Shown: positions 54,529 through 64,000 of the stretch, one piece after another
How the letters are laid out: every line of letters starts with the position of its first letter
Position numbering within the stretch: the first letter of the stretch is position 1
From: Octopus sinensis
Lineage: Eukaryota
Direction: 5' to 3'
DNA length: 64,000 nt
NCBI RefSeq assembly: GCF_006345805.1
Contig: NW_021834194.1
Span: 17,102 to 81,101, forward strand
The notes under the pieces: generated by a model
The model's database searches: none
Seen by the model: only the letters and a program-made list of their open reading frames with translations
What the model was told of the DNA's origin: nothing
Translations under genes and position numbers: made by a program

Positions 54529-54915
54529 CTAGCAGTATCGCCCGGCGTTGCTCAGGTTTGTAAGGGAAATAACTATAAAGCATTTTTAGAGAGTTATAGC
54601 CAAAAAATAGCAAAAAAATGGAAAAAAAATGATGGTAAATTTTTTTTTGAGAGTAAAAAAAGGTTGAGTTGCGTCCCCTAGACAGTCTGTGGTTTGTTTT
54701 TTTAGATTCTCGACCCCATGTCGAATTTATCGATTCTTTTCAGAACTGGGGGAACTTTTCAAAATTTTCGCTGCGTTAGTTTTGAATTATGACATTGGGC
54801 TATGTGTGTGTCAAGTTTCATCAGAATCGGTTGAAAGCCGTGGTCAGGGTGAGGGTACGAGAAAACAGACACACAGAAACACGCACAGACAAACTGCTGT
54901 TTATATAGAGAGAGA
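54529..54915 (-). mobile_element. Non-autonomous Helitron-like element
   Basis: 5' TC at 54915 and 3' GAGCAACGCCGGGCGATACTGCTAG at 54529, between A and T. Shares its 3' end and GAAAAAATGATGGTAAATT with 4116-4959. Confidence 0.75.
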
Positions 54916-55275
54916 TACATATATATATGGATGTAAATTCGGATATGAATATGAATTTGGATATGGATATATATTTGTATGTGCTTATGTGCGTGGATCT
55001 ATGTGTTTGTATGTATGTATGTATACGTATATGAGTGTATATATATGTGCGCACGTATGCTTTGTGTATGTATATATATTATATATATATATATATAATA
55101 TATTATTATATATATATAATATATATATATGTATATATATGTATATATTGTATGTATATATGTATGTGTATATTTGTGTGTATATATCTGTGTGTATATG
55201 TGTATGTACGCGTATATGTATGTGTAAGTATGGGTATCTGCATGTATATATATTTATTATTTGTGTATGCATGTA

Positions 55276-55324
<49 letters not shown>

Positions 55325-55326
<2 letters not shown>

Positions 55327-55680
55327 ATGTAGGTCCCGGATTGATTCGGGGTTAACCACAGTAAATAAGGTACTCAATACATAGCAGAGTAAAATTAATT
55401 TATTATATAGAAGGAGCTTCTACAGGACTAGAACTGTTTCATTCAAGAGAAATCTTCAGGAAGCTAGTTAACAAGAATTGTATTGGCATTTATACATTTA
55501 GGCAGGTTTAAAGGGGGTGGTGGGGGACTTTTTGGGGGTAGGCATAGCGCAAAATATCATACTTGGGGGAGTGGTCAAGGAGTCAGTGGTAAATTAGATA
55601 AAAGAATAAATAAAAAAATAAAAAATATATATAAAAGAATAGAGTTTTAGGTAAATAAGGAGATTCTCTCACTTATACCT
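55325..55680 (-). mobile_element. Hammerhead-bearing short element, copy 2 (motif 55415-55465, core CTGAAGA)
   Basis: Homology to 53885-54225. Confidence 0.7.
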
Positions 55681-55795
55681 ATACACATATGTATACATAT
55701 ATAACACAACATACATACATATATACATACACACTACATACACACACACATATACATATATATACACATACACATACATATACGTATCTACACAT

Positions 55796-55847
<52 letters not shown>

Positions 55848-56590
55848 ATATATATATGTATGTATATATATATGTGTATATATAAGGACTTGTAGATCTC
55901 TGTATGTGTATATATGTATGTATGTGTATGTGTGTAGATATGTATTTGTATGTACGTGAACGCATGTGTATGTACGTGCATGTATATGTGTAGGTATGTA
56001 TTTGTAGGTATGCTTTTATGTACACGTGTATGCGCGCATGTGTGCATATATGTATTTATAAGCATATGCGTGTACATATGCGAGTAGATGTTCATGTGTG
56101 TTTATGTGTACTGAAGTACTTTTATATATGTGGTTTTGTGTGTACATAGTTATGTATACGTTTATGTGAAAGTGGGTACATTTATGTATGTATGAATATG
56201 TGTACCTGCGTGTGCATATGTATGTACATACATATATGCATATATATGTATATATGTATATATGCGCCTGTGTAGAGAGAGATACATACATAAGCATGAG
56301 TGGATGATAAGGAAATGAGCGAGAGAACATATGTGTTTGTGTATGCGTATGAGTGTGAAGGAAGGGAGAGGGGCGGTAAATGGACTCCATTCAGGCCGGC
56401 TAGCCCCCCGGGGAGCGGCTAATCCAGCGCCACTAAATGTGTGTCGGCGAGTGGGCAGGTCATATATTACACCTTCTATGACTCTGAAGAGGTCAAAATA
56501 AAAATAAAAATAAAAATAAAAATAAACTAAAATAAAGGAGAAAAAATGTGTGTGTATATATGTGCATGTATGCGTGTATGTATGTGTAAG

Positions 56591-56649
<59 letters not shown>

Positions 56650-56719
56650 GTATGTGTATGTGTGTATACATGCATGTGTATATGTATGTGTGTGTGTGTC
56701 TGAATGTGTATACTCCTTT

Positions 56720-56799
<80 letters not shown>

Positions 56800-57214
56800 G
56801 TATATATATATGTGTAGATATATATATGTGCGTGTGTATCCGTATATGTATGTATTATATATATATATATGCGTATGTATATAAGTGTGTATGTATGAGT
56901 ATGTGTATGTGTGTGTGTGTATGTGTATACATATGTATATGTGTATACATATGTGTATGTATATGTATACATATATATATATACCACACGTTGATGATAG
57001 GCAATACACCTTGAAACCATGGTCCGTGTGTGGTTTCCGCTTCATCGGGGAATTATCTCCCTTTGCAGGTTAAAGGACACCGTGATGGTGTCAAGCCTAT
57101 CTGGCGACGTTGATGTTCGCCTGGGGCTAAATGCAACAGTAACACCCCCACCACCCTGCCCTGTCCCTAGCCATATTCAGATGGCTTTAGTCCCTTATGT
57201 TATATATATATATA

Positions 57215-57480
57215 TATAAGCAATAGTCTTCCTATTTACCTAAAACTCTATTCTATTAGTCTATTTATTCATTTATCTACTTTATCACTGATTCTTTTGA
57301 CCACTCCCCTAAGAAAGACAGTTAGAGCCCTGCCTACCACAAAAAAGGTCCCCCATCACCAACACCCCATCAAATCTGCCTAAATGTATAAATGCCAAAA
57401 CTATTCTTGACGCCAAGCTTCCTGATGATTTCATTTGAATGAAACAGTTCTAGTCCTGTAGAAGCTCCTTCTATAATATA
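57215..57480 (+). mobile_element. Hammerhead-bearing short element, copy 3 (motif 57416-57466)
   Basis: Inverted relative to copies 1 and 2; AGCTTC CTGATGA TTTCATTTGAAT GAAACAG TTCTAGTC CTGTA GAAGCT. Confidence 0.7.
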
Positions 57481-58066
57481 TATAGACATACGTATATGTA
57501 TTCACACCCTTGTCCATGCAGTTACCAGCTATTTCCGCTAGCTAATCTGTATCTCTCATATATGAATGTGTATTCATCCAGTACATTTCAATAAATAGAG
57601 ATATTTGAATGTTTACCGGCTGATGTCTGTCGATTGTTTATCCTCTTTGTTTTCTTAATTGCCACTGTTTTGTTCTATATTATTATGTTTGACCTTAAAG
57701 TTCATATGTAGTGGTTTAATAAATTATGTGATTGGGTATTATCCGGTAGTTGATCGTTGATTAAGATGTGTTTCTCCATTTTCCTATTTTGTATATATAT
57801 ATATATATATATATATATTTCAACAATTGAGGGTAAAATTAATTAATTATTAATCAATTTCACCAAGTATTCAGTATGTAAAGGGACCATTTAAGGCGAA
57901 TTCAAAATATTACATTTTATAAAGGGCTTAGTAATATAAATTACTATGCCACATACTGAACTCAGTATGTGGCAAAGTAATTTATTTTACTAAGCCCTTT
58001 ATAAAATTATATATATATATATATAATATATATATATAGTTATATATATATAGTTATATATATTAG

Positions 58067-58115
<49 letters not shown>

Positions 58116-58204
58116 ATATAGTTATTATATATAGTTATATATATATATAATATATATTATATATATATATATTTAAAAAAAGGAGATGTCGAACACGAGT
58201 GGTG

Positions 58205-60508
58205 ATATATAAAAAAGGAAATGAAGAAAATGCTGACAAATAATTGAAGTAATTTAAGTAATTTAATTAGGTGAAAGTTCTTTTACCGGTTGCGCATTTG
58301 TTATGCTTATCAAAATATAAAAGAGAGATTAGAGTCTGTCTCTTATATGTGAAAAAAAGAGGCTCCAGAGTTGTTTTGGATTTGCTTGGTTTCGCGCCTA
58401 AAATTTTGATTGGTCATTATGAAGGGGTCACGTGAATGTTTGAATGGAAGTTGGTGTTGGGGTAAGAAAAAAGGCTCCAGAGAAGTTAAAATTTGGCTAG
58501 TGTCCCGCCTAAAATTTCTTATTGGCCATAATAAAGAGGTCACGTGAATGTTTAGAATTTTCGAAAATAGTGTTGTTGAAAATTCTTATTGTTCAGGCTG
58601 GTCAGTAGACGGCAAGAGATATCTTGATGACTGCTTCATCCTTTGGCCCGAAACCGTCGAGAAGCTTAACGAATTTCACACTCTTATAAATGGGCTCAAC
58701 ACAAACATTATTTTCACAATGGAATACAGCCCTCAACAAATTCCCTTCCTCGACATCCTCATTAAAATTCACAACAAAAAAATAGAAACAGACATATACT
58801 ACAAGCCCACAGACTCCAAGCAATACCTCCCTTTCAATTCATGCCACCCTAGACACGTTAAAATTAACATTCCCTACAACTTAGCCAAGAGAATTTGCAC
58901 TATAGTCTCCAATAAAAACACCCGTCTCTTACGTCTACAAGAACTCAAGGGCACATTAACAAGCAGGGATTACCCCACGTCACTATTGACAATGGGATCC
59001 AACGCGCCCTAAAACTCAGCACGCAGGAACTTAGACGCCGCCCTAAACCTGTTACATCGAACCCCATACTCTACCATACATCTCTACACACAACCCCCTC
59101 AACAATGAAGCTTTTGACACCATCCTCCAGAACATTCCTGTATTACAAAAGGACCATAGAATGAACCAAATCCTCCTAACACACGAAATCATAAAGAGCA
59201 AAAGGCAACCCAAATCATTGAAAACCATCCTAACAAATGCCAAAGTACTGCCAACCACAACAACTAAACCCACAGTAAACAAATGCAATAGACCCAACTG
59301 TGGTATATGCATCAACCTAATAGAAGGTCCGGAATTCCTTTTTAAACAAGGACAACGTTTCACAGTAAAACACAACTTCACATGCGCATCAGAAACCTAG
59401 TATATGTCTTAACTTGCTCGGGCTGTAATGAACACTACATAGGCCAACAAAAAATAGCCTCCGCCACGCATGACTGTCCACAGATCCCAAATAAAAATAC
59501 AGGAATATAGAAAAATAGCATTTAGTGCACATATTGATACCTGTGCCGCACAACTCCATCATCCCAATTTTAGAATCTTTCCCCTCTACAAATTTAAAGA
59601 CAATGCCACTCATACCCAGCGAATAACCATGGAATCCCACCTTATTAATAAATACAGACCACTTCTAAACACATGCCCCTAACACGAACCCACAACAAAC
59701 ACACTTACACCTGCACACACCCTACACACACCTTTACCCAGATATTAACACCATGACACACACAAATATATGGTTCCACACATACACATAATTGAATACG
59801 GGTGCAAAACATCCAACACTATTTTTTGGAAATGGCTGTAAATATTGACTTCACACAAATACGTTGCTTCACGATACAGGCACAAGGCCAGCAGAACTAT
59901 AAATATTGAAAATTGTACCCACACAACACACATATATACACGCGCGCGCGCCCCAACATACATATAAAAACACACGCGCGCGCGCGCACACACACATACA
60001 TACATACAGCTCTCCCTGTTCTAAACGAACTTACTTATCCAGGCAAGCGGAAAATACACTCCCTAACTACGCGCTAAAAAGCTATTTAAAATATCCACAT
60101 GACGTCTACTGACCAGCCTGAACAATAAGAATTTTCAACAACACTATTTTCGAAAATTCTAAACATTCACGTGACCTCTTTATTATGGCCAATAAGAAAT
60201 TTTAGGCGGGACACTAGCCAAATTTTAACTTCTTTGGAGCCTTTTTCTTACCCCAACACCAACTTCCATTCAAAACATTCACGTGACCCCTTCATAATGA
60301 CCAATCAAAATTTTAGGCGCGAAACCAAGCAAATCCAAAACAACTCTGGAGCCTCTTTTTTCACATATAAGAGACAGACTCTAATCTCTCTTTATATTTT
60401 GATAAGCATAACAAATGCGCAACCCGGTAAAAAAACTTTCACCTAATTAAATTACTTAAATTACTTCAATTATTTGTCAGCATTTTCTTCATTTCCTTTT
60501 TTAATATA
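58205..60508 (+). mobile_element. 5'-truncated Penelope-like element bracketed by ~400-bp inverted pseudo-LTRs
   Basis: 58205-58611 is the reverse complement of 60103-60508. Inside are KRYLDDCFILW, IPFLDIL, YYKPTDSKQYLPFNSCHP and a GIY-YIG region to 59682, all frameshifted. Confidence 0.9.
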
Positions 60509-60690
60509 TATATATATATATAGAGTTATATATATATATATATATAGTTATATATATATATATATATATATAGAGTAAGTAAATATATGGCACAACGAAG
60601 TACCGATATTTACTGGAAAATAGCGAACGTAATAAATACGGCGCTAATATATAGTTATATATAGTAATATATATATACACATATATATGC

Positions 60691-60739
<49 letters not shown>

Positions 60740-61021
60740 GTTATATACATATACATATATTATATATATATACATATATATACACATATATAAATATATA
60801 CATATATTATATATATAATATATATACGTATACATATATACATATATATATATATATTCATATATATACATATACATATATATATATACATTTATTTATA
60901 TACATATATATATATATATATAAATTTAATCCAAATAAGAAAGCACAAAAAAACACAACAACGCGAGTACGTGGAACACATATAGTATTATTTGATGCTC
61001 AGGAAAGAAGGAAAGAAGGAG

Positions 61022-61058
61022 GGTTTAACGTCTCGAGCGGAGCTCTTCGTCGGAAACA
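61022..61058 (-). ncRNA. Hammerhead-like motif (C4 variant), same family as 32862
   Basis: GTTT-CCGACGA-A-GAGC tcc GCTC-GAGAC-GTT^AAAC; A14>G in this copy. Confidence 0.4.
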
Positions 61059-61170
61059 TTGGAGAAGGAAAGATACAGAGAAGGGAAGACAGAGGGACAA
61101 AAATCGCCAACGGTACACACGAGGTCACATTTTGAATATATATAAATATATATCATATGAATATATTTAC

Positions 61171-61237
<67 letters not shown>

Positions 61238-61272
61238 TACATATACATATACATATATACACATATATTATA

Positions 61273-61326
<54 letters not shown>

Positions 61327-61741
61327 ATATATATATATTTGGATATATAGATAGATATAGATATAAATATATACGTTCTGAGTTCAAATTCCGCTGAGGT
61401 TGACATTACCGTTCATTCTTTTGGTGTAGATAAATTAAGTACCAGTTGTGTACTGAGCTCAATCTAATCGACTGGCCCCATTCCCCAAAATTTCGGACCT
61501 TGTTCCTAGAGTAGTATTTTAAATGGAATCAATTTTCTTAGCCATCTATTAGTTGTTGTATCCATGATGTTTAACAAGATTTCAATTCCCGCAGCTAATC
61601 TTCACTGTAACTTCTATACACAATGATTATTTTAATTAAATAGAAAACGGAAAAAACTAAAGCGTAATAATGACTTGGGCATCATATAAATTAAAGGAGG
61701 AAATACTTGAGCGTTCATGCAGTTTTCTCTCTTTCCCTCCA

Positions 61742-61776
<35 letters not shown>

Positions 61777-62054
61777 TTTCTCTTTCTCACTCACACACTC
61801 CGTAAAGTTTGTGAAGGAGAGTCACATACAAGTTGAGAATTATACCAGAGTAACGGGCTGGCTACCCTCATTGTTGTACGTACATGCTAATTCACACTCG
61901 CAAACCGTACACACATCGTTGCCAGTGTTTCATTGAAATAACATTAACTATAGGGAATTAACCAACTCTGAAGAAAGAGAGCCATTCGAAAAGCACTACT
62001 TAATCTCATTAATTCAAATACAAAGACACACGGATTTAAAATTCAAGTACTTAC

Positions 62055-62998
62055 TTCAAACCAGTAGTGAAGAATTTTTCAGTAATATAATCTCTACAAT
62101 TGGAATTTTCGAATGCCAAATAAAATTTGTATTCCTTTTTTAACATCTCAAAGCATTTATTTTCATTGTTTCTCGTGCAACTTTTTGTACCACATCCACC
62201 GTAAATATCCACTTGGATATATTTTCCGAGCTCCTTAGCATATCCCATTCGATTGTTGCTTGGACGACAGTTCGATACGAACCAAGCAACCTTCTTTGTT
62301 TTTCCCGCTGCATAATTTTGAACTTGTACTTTTTGTCTTACTGACTTGTTAAAATATCGAAATTTTCCGTAAGGATATACAATCGTACTGTCCTGCTTAT
62401 AAGTAATCGTCCAGTTGATTTTGTTTCCCAGGTGTTTCACTGATGGGTTGAAAACAGGACACTCTTGTGTCATAAAAATCCATATTTGGTTCGTGTGGTT
62501 TGCTTTCTGTGATAGTCCCACTCTCTCATAAAAGAAAATAGCATCTACACTATTTTGCATTGCTTTGTTGTTTGTGACTAAGCATTCATTAACTGGACAT
62601 TTATATTCCAGGAAACTCGTTTGATTTTCCTTCAATGGTTGCAGATATTCTAAACTGTATATTAACAACGTTTTAAACTTTGGTCTAATTGGCTTTAACT
62701 TTACATTTCGATCAGAATCAGACTGATTTTGGTGCGTAATCCGTTTATAATTTTCCCATCTCTCCTCTCTTGGTAGGACATATTTCATTTGAGCTTCGAT
62801 ACGATCGTTTTCAGTCTGATTACCTGGAAACAATCGAGAGGTATTCCTTGTGTAGGAAACATACTGCTTAGTTGTTGGAGTCCAATTCCAAATGTTTTGT
62901 ACGTTCTTGAGATCATATTTAAATTGAGAAATATAAAAACAAATGCATATTACCATGAATATGACAAAGAGGAAAAATATCTTGCGGTTGGTGTCCAT
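62055..62998 (-). CDS. FucTA: GT10 alpha-1,3-fucosyltransferase first coding exon A4 (intact)
   Basis: Open 944-nt exon, 31 aa differences from A1 in 314 codons, FYLAFENSNCRDYITEKF, donor AA|GTAAGT at 62054. Confidence 0.9.
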
Positions 62999-63621
62999 TC
63001 CTTATTTGGTGTGATGTGAACAGTTTCAAGTCGTTATTGATGTAGCAGTAAGTATTTCTTGAATGAGGCAGTGAACTAGTTAGGTAAGAGGATTGATCAG
63101 TAACAAAAATTTATAAAATCAAAAAACAAACAATTGTTGTCTTTTTATCAGGAAAAACGGGCCAATAGACAGTTGACAAATTGTTTGATCAAGAGACAAA
63201 TATCAGCTAAAACATACCTTAATGCCTTCGATATTTTAATTAAGTAGCACAATGATACACGCCTCGTGCACAAACATACACACTCATACACACACGCGTA
63301 TCCCCCACGCGCATACAGTAAATACATATATACATATATAATATGTAAATATGCGTATGAAGAGACTCATGCGAACACGCAGGTCAATAGTTGTTGATAA
63401 CATCCCATCAACTTGCAATATGTCTGAATATTTACTGTCAGGCTTATGGCGAGTATATGTGTGGAGGTGTATGCGTTATCCTTCCCAATTGAACTCTCAC
63501 CTATGAACAAGTCAACACATGTTTGTATAGCACTATCACCCTAGCTAAATCATATATTATATTTATATATATATTTTATATATATATATATATATATATT
63601 AGATATATTTATATATATATT

Positions 63622-63717
<96 letters not shown>

Positions 63718-64000
63718 ATAGATAGATAGATAGACGATAGATAGATAGATATAGATATAGATATATGATATATTATATATATATATATAAGAGGATGACC
63801 TCTACTGGACATTGATATGCTAGAAGTAGATCCGCTATGGTCTTACCACTAAGAAAGGATTGTTCTCAAGAAAATTTTAGCAACTCCAGAAAGTAAGCGA
63901 GCAAAACAAACGAAAAGAAACAAATCATATTCATAATATTATGTATTTGTTTTTAATAGTCCCCCAACTTGAATATAACCTCAAAACCTACAAAACAAGT

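Noticed and set aside
56340-56490. GC-rich stretch after a strong-looking minus-strand acceptor (VIEGVIYDLPTRRH..)
   Set aside because: No donor, it runs into (CA)n, and the pyrimidine tract is a (TTTTTA)n tail; more likely a repeat fragment.
52540-58625. One Penelope fragment ends at KRYLDDCF (52548) and another begins there (58612), as if one element were split
   Set aside because: Codon usage and sequence differ (the first matches the 2741-3454 family), and the second is bounded by its own inverted pseudo-LTR; likely coincidence.

Overview
Very AT-rich, microsatellite-dense animal genomic DNA. The SINE and repeat styles look cephalopod (Octopus-like), but that is inference from recalled repeat families, not a search. 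The only clearly functional host genes are a tandem family of GT10 alpha-1,3-fucosyltransferases (FucTA-like). Each has a 944-nt first coding exon (A) and a 322-nt terminal exon (B), joined in phase 2 to give 421 aa. The window holds four A exons and two B exons. A1 (19001-19944) plus B1 (9680-10001) is an intact gene. A4 (62055-62998) is intact but its nearest B exon is B2 (48802-49123), reached by skipping a dead copy, A2 (49310-50208). A3 (42845-43350) is inverted, truncated and fused to antisense LINE sequence. A frameshifted beta-propeller-like pseudogene occurs twice (183-1555, 34737-36207). The rest is transposon debris: Penelope-like elements (RT, GIY-YIG, direct and inverted pseudo-LTRs), CR1/L2 and RTE LINEs, a mariner remnant, non-autonomous Helitrons, tRNA-derived SINEs and many fold-back palindromes. 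By eye I find about 12 type I hammerhead-ribozyme-like motifs from at least 6 repeat families, including a ~356-bp tandem unit that resembles a retrozyme. All alignments and folds were done by eye, and repeat boundaries are approximate.
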